Shown here: positions 27,896 through 37,040 of the stretch, piece after piece
Position numbering within the stretch: position 1 is the stretch's first letter
Layout of the letters: every line of letters starts with the position of its first letter
Source of the DNA: an uncultured Gemmatimonadales bacterium
GTDB lineage: Bacteria; Gemmatimonadota; Gemmatimonadetes; Gemmatimonadales; GWC2-71-9
Reading direction: 5' to 3'
Length of the DNA stretch: 64,000 nt
Assembly: GCA_963730185.1 (NCBI GenBank)
Contig: CAVSQW010000012.1
Location: forward strand, 1-64,000
Translations under genes and position numbers: made by a program
The notes under the pieces: generated by a model
Database searches by the model: none
What the model was told of the DNA's origin: nothing
Seen by the model: only the letters and a program-made list of their open reading frames with translations

Positions 27896-29040
27896 TCGCC
27901 GAACGAGATCCCCAGGTTCCGGGCCGTCATGATCACCCCGCTGTCGAGCGGGACCAGCTTCTGGCGACCGATGACGTCGGCGATCCGCCGGCGGCTCACG
28001 GTCGGTGGGGTGTAAACCACCACCGAGCCGAAGTCCTCCTCGCCGATCGCCCGGACGGCAGCCGACCCGAATCGAAGCGCCAGCAGCCGGTCGAACGTCG
28101 TGGGCGAGCCCCCCCGCTGGAGGTGACCCAGCACCAGACTCCGAGTCTCCTTGCCGGTCCGCTCATGGATCGCTTCGGCCAACTGCCCGGCGATCCCGCC
28201 CAGCCGCTCGACCATCCCGACCCGGGCCTTCTCGCGGACCACCAGTTCGCCCCCGATCGAGCGCGCCCCTTCGGCCACGACGACCATCGAGAAGTGACGG
28301 CCCGAGGCCTCGCGGGCTCGGATCTTGTCGCACACCTTGGCGATGTCGAACGGAATCTCCGGGATCAGGATCACGTCGGCGCTGCCGGAGAGCCCGCTGT
28401 GGAGGGCGATCCAGCCGGCGTACCGCCCCATCAGCTCGACGACGAAGACCCGGTCGTGACTCTCGGCCGTGGTGTGGAGCTTGTCCAGCGCGTCGGTGGC
28501 CGTCGCGACCGCCGTATCGAAACCGAAGGTCGCCTCGGTGCCAGCGACGTCATTGTCGATCGTCTTCGGCACGCCCACCACCGGCACGCCCTTCTGGTAG
28601 AGGCTGTGTGCGATGGCCAGGGACCCGTCGCCGCCGATCGCGACTAGAGCGTCGAGTTGGCGCGACTCGAAGGCCGACACGATCTCGTCGGATCGATCGA
28701 TCTCCTCAATCGAGCCGTCGGGCATCCGGGTGGGCCAGCGAAACGGGTTGCCCCGATTGGTGGTGCCCAGGATCGTCCCGCCCAGATGGGTGATGCCGCG
28801 CACTTGGTCAGGGCCGAGGGGGATCAGGCCGCCTCGTGGCTCACCCTCCCGCCGATCGGGACCGTTCCAGGGCATCCCGTACGCGAACGAGAGGTCCCGG
28901 CCCCGCCGGTACAGCCCGTCGAAGCCCCGACGAATGCCGAAGCATTCCCAGTTTCGCTGGTGGGCGGAGAGGACCACCGCCCGAATGACGGCGTTGAGAC
29001 CGGGGGCGTCGCCACCGCCGGTCGAGATCGCAATACGCAT
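27892..29040 (-). CDS. pfkA: 6-phosphofructokinase (PfkA family, probably ATP-dependent)
   Basis: TGGGDAPGLN, GGDGS, PKTIDND, ELMGRYAG and LGHLQRGG. Confidence 0.92.
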   Translation of the reverse strand: MRIAISTGGGDAPGLNAVIRAVVLSAHQRNWECFGIRRGFDGLYRRGRDLSFAYGMPWNGPDRREGEPRGGLIPLGPDQVRGITHLGGTILGTTNRGNPFRWPTRMPDGSIEEIDRSDEIVSAFESRQLDALVAIGGDGSLAIAHSLYQKGVPVVGVPKTIDNDVAGTEATFGFDTAVATATDALDKLHTTAESHDRVFVVELMGRYAGWIALHSGLSGSADVILIPEIPFDIAKVCDKIRAREASGRHFSMVVVAEGARSIGGELVVREKARVGMVERLGGIAGQLAEAIHERTGKETRSLVLGHLQRGGSPTTFDRLLALRFGSAAVRAIGEEDFGSVVVYTPPTVSRRRIADVIGRQKLVPLDSGVIMTARNLGISFGD

Positions 29041-29069
29041 GAGTTTCCCGGATCGAGGCCAGCCGGAGC

Positions 29070-29306
29070 TCAGAGCGCCCGGCCACCGGTCTTGATCAGC
29101 TTGACCACCTCGCCAGGATTGGCGTGGCGCCGGATCGTCTTCTTGGAAAAGATCAGGGTGCCGTCGACCGTCACCTCGAACACCCCGCCACCGGAAGGGA
29201 TCAGCTTGATCTCCACCGCATCGAAATCCTGCTCGAGCTCAGCCGCCAGCCTGGCGGCTCGGGGCTCGTAGTTTCACTGCACGCAATATTCGACCGTGAC
29301 CTGCAT
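29070..29306 (-). CDS. Rdx (SelW/SelT/SelH) family selenoprotein (CxxU; Sec at minus-strand TGA 29276-29274)
   Basis: Manual translation, absent from the ORF track: MQVTVEYCVQ-U-NYEPRAARLAAEL...LIPSGGGVFEVTVDGTLIFSKK...HANPGEV (78 aa). Confidence 0.92.
29234..29268 (-). promoter_or_regulatory. Bacterial SECIS-like hairpin
   Basis: Minus strand CGAGC-CCCG-AGCCGCCA-GGC-TGGCGGCT-GA-GCTCG; loop G lies 23 nt after UGA. Confidence 0.75.
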
Positions 29307-29439
29307 CTCACCCTCTGGGTCCGAGGAAACGCTGATCTACCGATGCCCTATGGTAGTGGAGGGACGGACCCGCTGCCAAGACCGGCCCGGCCGGCGCCCC
29401 AGCTTGTCACGGCGCCGTAAGTCCCGTATCTATAGCAGC

Positions 29440-30180
29440 ATGCGAGCCCTCGCCCTGGCCGTCGCCGGTCTCCTGACCGTTTCGGCCGCTCCGCTCCAGG
29501 CCCAGGAGGCCGGCACTGTAGAGTTCGCGGGCTTCGGTGTCTGGCACAACAAGATCGACCTGTACGACGCCCTTCGCGGCTTCGGCGGCGGCGCCAGGCT
29601 CGGCGTCTGGCTCCCAGCCCATTTCGAGCTGGAGGGCAGCCTCGAGTTCACCCGCCCGCTCAGCGTGAGCGCCGGGAAGCGCTTCACGCTGTTGCACTAC
29701 GGCGCCGGGCTCCTCTACAACGTCCCGGTCTCGCGAGGCAGCGTCTACCTTCGGGCCGGCTATGGCCGCTTTTCGCCCAAGGCGCCCTGCCTGGGCTGCA
29801 GCCCGTTCGGAGCGCTGGCGGGCGGTGCCGGCTTCCGGGTGCCGATCGCCCGGTTCGTATCGTTCCGCACCGAGGTGGTGGTCCGGAGCCGATCCACCTA
29901 CAGCTACACCGGTGCCGGGGCGAGCGTCGGATTCTCGATCATGCCCGGCACCCTGAGCGGCACGACCTCCGGCGCGGACGAGGATCGTGACGGGGTCCCG
30001 GACCGGGCCGACCGTTGCCGGTCCACGCCGCTCGGGGCCCTGGTCGACAGCCGGGGCTGTCCGACCGACTTCGACGGCGACGGCGTGTTCGACGGCATCG
30101 ACCGATGCCCCGCCACACCGAAGGGCAGCGCGGTCGACGCCGTCGGTTGCCCGATCAAGAAGCCCGACGGCGGCCGCTGA
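29440..30180 (+). CDS. OmpA-like outer-membrane beta-barrel with C-terminal thrombospondin type-3 repeats
   Basis: Signal LQA|Q; amphipathic strands; DEDRDGVPDRADRC and DFDGDGVFDGIDRCP. Confidence 0.8.
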   Translation: MRALALAVAGLLTVSAAPLQAQEAGTVEFAGFGVWHNKIDLYDALRGFGGGARLGVWLPAHFELEGSLEFTRPLSVSAGKRFTLLHYGAGLLYNVPVSRGSVYLRAGYGRFSPKAPCLGCSPFGALAGGAGFRVPIARFVSFRTEVVVRSRSTYSYTGAGASVGFSIMPGTLSGTTSGADEDRDGVPDRADRCRSTPLGALVDSRGCPTDFDGDGVFDGIDRCPATPKGSAVDAVGCPIKKPDGGR

Positions 30181-30192
30181 GCCAAGCGGACC

Positions 30193-31488
30193 CTACTTCT
30201 TGATCGGGTAGGACCGGACATGCTCCACGTCGTCCGGATCGATCCAAACGCCGACCACCGACTCGGCATCAACGAACGTCGGCCGGAACCTGGCCGGCAT
30301 CGTCACCCGCCCCAGGAGCACCCCGGCCGAATCGAGCACCGCGAAGCGGCGCCTCTCCCTGCTCGGGCCCACGACCTCTTCCACCCAGAGCGTTCCGTCG
30401 GCCGCGGGGACGATGCTCCCGAGGAAGGGGAGGGTCTCGGGATACTTGGCGTTCTCGATCCGGCTCTTGAACTGCTCCTGGAGCTGGGCCGGCAGGGCCC
30501 GGAGTTGCGGTGTGGCCGCGACCTGGTCCAGCTGCTGCTTCCGGTGAGCCGTCTTGTCCGCGTCGGTGATGGGCTGGGGCTTGGCATCGACCCGGATGAC
30601 CCGGTGGAGAACGCCGTCGGGCCCGCGGACCTCGACCCGCCAGGCGTCGTTGTCGCTCACCAGCACCCGCTCGCCGGCCACCGCCATGACCGGAGTCTTG
30701 CCGAGAGGCACCGGGTTCGGGGTCGCGACCGTACGGTTGCCGATCGTGAGCGGCAGCTGCTCCATCTCCACCCCAGGCATCTGGGTCACCGTGTCCCGGG
30801 TGGCGCCGTCGGAGCCGTAGCGGACCAGGGTGACCGTGTCACGATAGGCCCCTTCCCGCTGGTCGTTGATCCGGAAGCCCATCTGCATGCCCAGCACCGA
30901 GCCGTCGGAGAACCATCCGGTCGGAAAGGCGAGGCTCATCCGACCGCCGGTCGGGACCTGGATCCCGGACACGCCGCCCAGCGAGAAGGTTCGGGCCAGC
31001 TCGCCGCGGCCGTCGAGGATCGTGAGCCGCTGCGAGGCGACGTCGGCGATCAGGAGGGAGTCGTTCGAGCCGAGCCACATCCCGGTCATGGATTGATACT
31101 CACCCGGGCCGGTCCCCTGACGCCCCTTGGTCTCCAGGAACTGGCCCTGGGGATCGAAGAACCGGAGGTCGCTGGTGGCGGCGTTGGCCACGACCAGCCG
31201 GCCATCGCTCAGCTTGACGGCGCCGACCACCCGGCCCAGCTCGGACGCGGGATCGCCGGTGCCGCCCACGTCGAGTGTCGGCTGATCGGCCACGGTCCAG
31301 GCCTGACCAGAGGCCCAGGTCGGCCCGTGATTGACCACCACCTGGATCCCCACGCTGTCCTGGATCGAGGGCGGTCCGCCCGACCCGCCGCCTTCGCCCG
31401 CACCGCACCCGATCGCGAGAGCCGACGTCGCGACCGCCAGGAAACGCAGGACCGGGACCATCACCAGGCCGGAACGATATCGGATCAT
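30193..31488 (-). CDS. 6-bladed beta-propeller-like lipoprotein
   Basis: Lipobox LAIGC; GRQGTGPGEY; start at MIRYRS overlaps the antiporter stop (ATGA). Confidence 0.75.
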   Translation of the reverse strand: MIRYRSGLVMVPVLRFLAVATSALAIGCGAGEGGGSGGPPSIQDSVGIQVVVNHGPTWASGQAWTVADQPTLDVGGTGDPASELGRVVGAVKLSDGRLVVANAATSDLRFFDPQGQFLETKGRQGTGPGEYQSMTGMWLGSNDSLLIADVASQRLTILDGRGELARTFSLGGVSGIQVPTGGRMSLAFPTGWFSDGSVLGMQMGFRINDQREGAYRDTVTLVRYGSDGATRDTVTQMPGVEMEQLPLTIGNRTVATPNPVPLGKTPVMAVAGERVLVSDNDAWRVEVRGPDGVLHRVIRVDAKPQPITDADKTAHRKQQLDQVAATPQLRALPAQLQEQFKSRIENAKYPETLPFLGSIVPAADGTLWVEEVVGPSRERRRFAVLDSAGVLLGRVTMPARFRPTFVDAESVVGVWIDPDDVEHVRSYPIKK

Positions 31489-32768
31489 GACTCCACTCCC
31501 GGGGCGACAACCCCTTGCAATGGCCGACGCCGAGCGGCGCCGGAGGCCGCGAGCCGCCGGGCCAGGGGCCCGACGGTGAGTCCCTGCACGACGATGGAGA
31601 ACACAACGACCACATAGGTCATCGCGAGGAGATGTCGCGCGCCCTCCGGCCGGCACCGAAAGCGCCAGCGCGACCGAGATGCCGCCCCGCAGCCCGCTCC
31701 ACGTCAGCACCCCGCCGCGCCCGACTGAAGGCCCGCCGGACGGCCATCAGGATCGCGATCGGCCCCGCGACGCTCACGCGCCGGGCCACCAACACGACGG
31801 GAATCACGATCAGCCCGGCAACGATCGCCGCCCGGGCCACGACGACCAGCACCTCGATCCCGATCAGGACGAAGAGGAGGGCGTTCAAGAACTCGTCGAC
31901 CAGCTCCCAGAAAAGTCCAGCCGTTCCCGGGTCTGGTCGGACATCGCGAAGGAGCGACCCTGGTTGCCGATCAGAAGACCCGCGACCACCATGGCCAGCG
32001 GCCCCGAGAGATGCAGGCGGTGCGCCAGAGCGTAGCCGCCGGTGACCAGGGCGAGTGTCAGGAGGATCTCCACCTGGTAGTTGTCGACGCTCTTGAGCAT
32101 CCGGAAGACGATCCAGCCGACCAGCCCACCGTACACGACGCCCCCAACCGCTTCGAGCGCCACCAGCTCGACGACCCGCCCGGACCCACGTCGCCCGATC
32201 CGGTGGCGATCTGGAGGAGGACCAGGAACACCACCACGCCCACGCCGTCGTTGAAGAGCGACTCGCCCGAGATCTTGGTCAGGAGCGACGGGGGCAGCCC
32301 GGCCTTCCGCAGGATGGCGCCGACCGCGATCGGGTCGGTCGGGGAGATCAGGGCCCCAAAGAGCAGGCAGTACGCCAGGGAGACCTCGAGGCCGAGCAGA
32401 CCGAGCACCACGTGCGCCAGGCCGCCCACGATCGCGGTCGACACCAGCACCCCGACTGTGGCGAGGATCGCGATCACGCCGCGCTGGGCCGTGAGGCTGC
32501 TGAGATCGAGGTGGAGCGCGCCGGCGAACAGCAAGGCGCCGAGCATGCCGTTGAGGAGGACCTCGTCGAAGTCGATGCCGGCCAGGAGATGGCGCATCGG
32601 CTCTTCGAGGTGAACGCCGAAACGGCTGGCCAGCACCAACCCCAGCGAGAACGCGATCGAGATCACCATCAGCCCGATCGTCGTCGGCAACCGGATGAAC
32701 CGGTGATTGAGCCACCCGAACAACGCCGCCAGCGTCGTCAGCCCGGCGACGACGTCGAAGGTGGTCAT
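31485..32768 (-). pseudogene. CPA1 (NhaP-like) Na+/H+ antiporter, multiply frameshifted
   Basis: FGALISPTDPIAV, GESLFNDG, SGPLAMVVAGL, NALLFVLIG, WSGLRGGISVALAL and SIVVQGLT lie in different frames. Confidence 0.78.
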
Positions 32769-33316
32769 CCCATACCCGGGAGCAGGTTGGCCTTGATGAG
32801 GGTGGCCAGCCGGTTCTCGAGATGGCCGGTAGTCTCGCACCCGACCGGGTCGAGCGACGCCCCCTCGACGTCCCGTCCCATCGCCGTCGTCGCCAGGCCG
32901 AGACGGGTTCCACCGCCGGGCCAGGGGTCGACGAACGCGGCCACGGCGATGGTCAGCCGGTAGCGATCGGCATTCGCGCCGACGATGCTGGATCCGCAGT
33001 TGAAGTAGCGGGACAGTGGCTCGCCGGCCAGGTTGAGACGCCGGACCAACTTCTCGTTTCCGATCAGCCCGTGAGCGGAATCCTCGACCTCGACCTTGAT
33101 GCCCAAGGACTCGAACGCATGCCGGACCGCGCCGAACACGCGAGCCGGCGGGGCCTCGAGCTCGCTCGAGACCGCGATCGTGTCGAGCGCCACCGGCACG
33201 GTGCGGGGCTGCAGCCGGACGACGGCGCGATACTCCTGGGCCACCAGTGGCGCGGTCGACCCCAGCAATAACAGCAGGGGGAGCATCAGCCGAAGCCCAC
33301 GACGAATCGAGACCAC
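32765..33316 (-). CDS. Exported hypothetical protein
   Basis: Signal LPLLLLLGSTAPLVA|Q; Cys pair (YFNCG, GCETTG); GTG start after GGAGG (alternative 33343); ATGA overlap. Confidence 0.7.
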   Translation of the reverse strand: MVSIRRGLRLMLPLLLLLGSTAPLVAQEYRAVVRLQPRTVPVALDTIAVSSELEAPPARVFGAVRHAFESLGIKVEVEDSAHGLIGNEKLVRRLNLAGEPLSRYFNCGSSIVGANADRYRLTIAVAAFVDPWPGGGTRLGLATTAMGRDVEGASLDPVGCETTGHLENRLATLIKANLLPGMG

Positions 33317-33421
33317 CTTCTCCTCCGTGCGATGGGAATCCATCCAGAGTCTACCACCGTCCCGCTACCCGTGGGAGCGGACCGCCTGCCCCACCCGTGC
33401 CGGGACCGCTATCCTTCTCCC

Positions 33422-35188
33422 ATGAATGGACTTCGGCTTCCGACCGTCGGAGTGGCGGGCTTGGCGCTGCTGCTCGCCTTGCCCGCCCGGGCGCGGGCCC
33501 AGGCGGCCACCCCCGACACGACCTGGCCCGGGTCGCTTCCTCCCGGCCAGTGGCAGCTCCCGGGCGGCGACTACGCCCAGACCCGCTTTAGCCCGCTCAC
33601 GGCCATCACGACCGCCAATGTGGCCGGCCTGAAGCCGGTCTGGAGCTTCAGCACCGGATCCCTCCGCGCCAACGAGGGTAGCCCGCTGGTGGTCGACTCC
33701 GTGATGTTCGTTCACACCCCGTTTCCCAACGCCGTCTTCGCCCTCGACCTGGCGCGACCCGGCGCGCCGATCCTCTGGAAGTACGAGGTTCCAGCCGCCA
33801 CCCGACGGCTGAACCCACCCGCCGGCTGGCGCGACGTCGGCAGCCTCGGCCTGGCCTACCACCCGAGTGGGAAGCTCTACGTCCCTCTCTTTCAGGGCGA
33901 GCTTGCCGCGCTCGACGCAGCCACCGGCCGGGAGATCTGGCGGGTGAAGAACGCCGACCGGGAAGCCGGCGGCAGCATGCCGGGCGCCCCGCTCGTGGTG
34001 CGCGATCTGGTCGTGGTCGGGACCGGCGGCGCGGAATACGGGGTTCGGGGCTCGCTCACCGCCTACAACGCCCTTACCGGCCAGTTGGTCTGGCGGGTGC
34101 AGCACACCGGGCCGGACAGCGCGGTCGGGATCCGGGGCGACGCCAATCCGGCCTACGCATCCCACCGCGGCCGCGATCTCGGGGTGACGAGCTGGGCCGG
34201 CGACGGCTGGCAACACGGGGGCGCCACCGCCTCGGGGTGGCTGGCGTACGACCCGGAGCTCGACCTGATCTACTACGGGACCGACCACCCCGCCCCGCTC
34301 AATCCGGCGTCCCGACCCGGCGACGACAAGTGGTCATCCACGATCTTCGCCCGCTCGGCCGCCACCGGCGAGGTTCGTTGGGCCTATCAGGTGACGCCGC
34401 ACGACGAGTGGGGGTACGACGCGTCGAACGAGACCATCCTGGCCGACCTGACCGTCGACGGGACACCGGTCAAGGCCCTGGTGCACCTCGACGCCAACGG
34501 ATTCGGGTACACCATCGACCGGACCACCGGTAAGGTGCTGCTCGCCGCCCGGCTCGGTCCCGTCAACTGGGCCACGCACGTCGACCTGACCACCGGCATC
34601 CCGTCGATCTCGCCGGCGTTCGAGACCGGGTCAGGGGCCCGGGTCAACAACGTCTGCCCGGCGACCATCGGCCTCAAGGGGCACCAGCCGGCGGCGTTCT
34701 CGCCCGGAACCTCGCTCTTCTTCGTGCCCCTCAACAATCTCTGCATGAGCTTCCGGGCCACCGCCGCAACCTACCAGGCCGGCAAGCTCTACACCGGCGC
34801 GACCATCCGGATGAGCGCCGGGCCGGGCGGGAGCCTGGGCCGGTTCGTCGCCTGGGATGCCGCGACCGGCACCATTGCGTGGCAAGTCCAGGAGCCCTAT
34901 CCGGTCACAGGGGGCGCCCTCGCCACCGCCGGTGGTCTGGTCTTCTACGGCACGATGGACGGCTGGCTCAAAGCCGTGGATCAACATACCGGCCAGGAGC
35001 TCTGGCGCTACAAGACGGCGTCCGGGATCATGGCCGCGCCGATGACCTTTCTCGGCCCCGACGGCCGCCAATACGTGGCGGTGCTGTCGGGCCTCGGTGG
35101 CTGGCTGGGGGCGGGCGGCAACGGTGCCATCGCCGATCCGGACGCCATCGCCAACCCCGGCGGCGTGTTGACCGTGTTCGCTCTCTGA
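33422..35188 (+). CDS. PQQ-dependent dehydrogenase family protein (XoxF/MxaF-like, divergent active site)
   Basis: TRFSPL, WSFSTG, EGSPLVV, EYGVRG, YDPELDLIYYG, RPGDDKWS, YQVTPHDEW and ATAGGLVFYGT; W-docking repeats. Confidence 0.88.
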   Translation: MNGLRLPTVGVAGLALLLALPARARAQAATPDTTWPGSLPPGQWQLPGGDYAQTRFSPLTAITTANVAGLKPVWSFSTGSLRANEGSPLVVDSVMFVHTPFPNAVFALDLARPGAPILWKYEVPAATRRLNPPAGWRDVGSLGLAYHPSGKLYVPLFQGELAALDAATGREIWRVKNADREAGGSMPGAPLVVRDLVVVGTGGAEYGVRGSLTAYNALTGQLVWRVQHTGPDSAVGIRGDANPAYASHRGRDLGVTSWAGDGWQHGGATASGWLAYDPELDLIYYGTDHPAPLNPASRPGDDKWSSTIFARSAATGEVRWAYQVTPHDEWGYDASNETILADLTVDGTPVKALVHLDANGFGYTIDRTTGKVLLAARLGPVNWATHVDLTTGIPSISPAFETGSGARVNNVCPATIGLKGHQPAAFSPGTSLFFVPLNNLCMSFRATAATYQAGKLYTGATIRMSAGPGGSLGRFVAWDAATGTIAWQVQEPYPVTGGALATAGGLVFYGTMDGWLKAVDQHTGQELWRYKTASGIMAAPMTFLGPDGRQYVAVLSGLGGWLGAGGNGAIADPDAIANPGGVLTVFAL

Positions 35189-35196
35189 GGCCGTCC

Positions 35197-36087
35197 GTGC
35201 GCGCGGTGGTCCAAGGGTTGGCCCTGGTCTGGCTCACCGCCCCGACCGCGGCGGCGCAGCACCCCGAACCGGCCCTCCAGATACGCGAGACGGGGCGGAT
35301 AGTCGACCCGCGGGTCCCCGAGAGCTCCGGCGCCATTCGGGGAGTGGTGAACCCGGACGTCGTGTGGACCATCAACGACTCCGGCAACCCACCCACCTTG
35401 TTCGCCATCGACACCACCGGACGGGTGCGGGCCGCCATCGACCTGACCAATGCGACGAACGTCGACTGGGAGGCTATCTCGATCGGCCCCTGCCCCCGAA
35501 GCACCGAGCCCTGCCTCTACCTGGGCGACGTGGGCGACAACTTCTCCGGTCGCGGATCGGTCACCCTATACCGCCTCCCGGAGCCTCGGCTCGCTCCGTC
35601 GCCCCCGACCCGACTCGCGGTCCGCGACTCACTGGTGGTCCGCTACACCTCCGGGGCGGAGGACGTCGAATCGCTGGTGGTGACGGCCGGCGGCGACGCC
35701 CTGCTGTTCGGCAAGGGCTGGCACTCCCACCCCCACGTCTTCCTCGTTCCCGACAGCGCCTGGACCGGCGGACGTTACCGGGCCGCCCCGGTCGATTCGC
35801 TCCCCATCGAGACTGGATTGCTCCGGGGCGCTCTCGTGACCGACGCCGCCCTCTCTCCCGACCAGCGATGGCTCGCCGTCAGGACGTATCGGGAGATCTA
35901 CCTGTTCCGCCACTCGAGCCCGGGGCTCGGCGAGCTCCGGCACCCGGTCGGGATCTGCGACGTGAGCGGGCGGGAGCCGCAGGGCGAGGGGCTGGCATTC
36001 TGGAATCCGCACACCCTGGTCCTCACCAGCGAGCGTCTCTTCGCCGCGGACGGGACCGTCCTCCTGGTTCGATGCCCAGGGCTCTGA
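35197..36087 (+). CDS. Secreted beta-propeller-like hypothetical protein
   Basis: Signal; PESSG, WTINDSGN, DWEAI, YLGDVGDN, DVESL and QGEGL acidic motifs. Confidence 0.75.
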   Translation: MRAVVQGLALVWLTAPTAAAQHPEPALQIRETGRIVDPRVPESSGAIRGVVNPDVVWTINDSGNPPTLFAIDTTGRVRAAIDLTNATNVDWEAISIGPCPRSTEPCLYLGDVGDNFSGRGSVTLYRLPEPRLAPSPPTRLAVRDSLVVRYTSGAEDVESLVVTAGGDALLFGKGWHSHPHVFLVPDSAWTGGRYRAAPVDSLPIETGLLRGALVTDAALSPDQRWLAVRTYREIYLFRHSSPGLGELRHPVGICDVSGREPQGEGLAFWNPHTLVLTSERLFAADGTVLLVRCPGL

Positions 36088-36977
36088 AGCGCTCGGCCTG
36101 GTGGCTGGCCCTGCCGCTGGCGGTCGCCACCTTGCTGTTGATCGGCCGACCGGCAAGCCGGCACCCGGTCCACCAGGCGGAGTGGCTCGACGCCGATGGG
36201 ATCCCCCTGCGGACCGTTCGGGCCGGCCGGGGCGACACGACCGTACTCCTGCTCCACGGTTTCGGCGAGTCGCTCTTCACCTGGCGCGCCCTCGTCGACC
36301 CCCTCGCCGTCCGCTTTCGGGTGGTCGCCCCGGACCTTCCGGGCTTCGGGGGCAGCGGGAAGCCCGACACCAGCTACTCGCTGGCCGAGATGACCCGCCA
36401 CGTGTCCGACTTCATGGACCGCTGGACCCGGGGACCGGTCATCGCGGTCGGCCACTCGATGGGCGGCGAGATCGCGGCCTCCCTCGCGATCGCCCGCCCC
36501 GATCGGATCGTGCGTCTGGTCCTGATCGCACCAGCTGGATGGGCGGTCGGATTGGGAGGGATCGCCGACACGATGTACCCGGCCAAGGCCCGAGCCATCA
36601 GCTGGTATCTGTCCAGCCGGGCCTTCATCCTGCCGGAGCACGACCCCGCCTGGCTCGGGGAGCCCGATTCGGCCGCCGACTACACCCTGGTCGGAGATCA
36701 GGCCTACCAGAACGCCACCGCCCGGATTCTGGAAGAGTTCGATTTCCGGTCTATGTGGGGACGATTTTCAGACATCAAACAGCCGACGCTGGTAGTCTGG
36801 GGATCCCTCGATCCGGTCATCCCGTACGCGCTGGCCGACAGCGTAACCGCCGCGATTCCGTGCGCCAGCCTGGAGACGATCTCAGGCGCGCTTCATCGGC
36901 CGCACGTCGAGGTCCCCGACCGGGTTCTCTCGCTCATTGATGGCTTCGTCTCGGCGAAAGCGCCCGATTGCCACTAG
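36072..36977 (+). CDS. Alpha/beta fold hydrolase
   Basis: LLHGFG, DLPGFGGS, GHSMGG, WGSLDPVI and LHRPH. Confidence 0.88.
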   Translation: MPRALKRSAWWLALPLAVATLLLIGRPASRHPVHQAEWLDADGIPLRTVRAGRGDTTVLLLHGFGESLFTWRALVDPLAVRFRVVAPDLPGFGGSGKPDTSYSLAEMTRHVSDFMDRWTRGPVIAVGHSMGGEIAASLAIARPDRIVRLVLIAPAGWAVGLGGIADTMYPAKARAISWYLSSRAFILPEHDPAWLGEPDSAADYTLVGDQAYQNATARILEEFDFRSMWGRFSDIKQPTLVVWGSLDPVIPYALADSVTAAIPCASLETISGALHRPHVEVPDRVLSLIDGFVSAKAPDCH

Positions 36978-37040
36978 TATTTGTCTTCTACAACTACTAT
37001 TTTGGCGCCGGTTTCGCTCCATGGGATCTCAACCACGGGA

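Noticed and set aside
30193..31710. Apparent antiporter-propeller fusion protein
   Set aside because: Artifact of the antiporter frameshifts; the lipoprotein has its own start at 31488.
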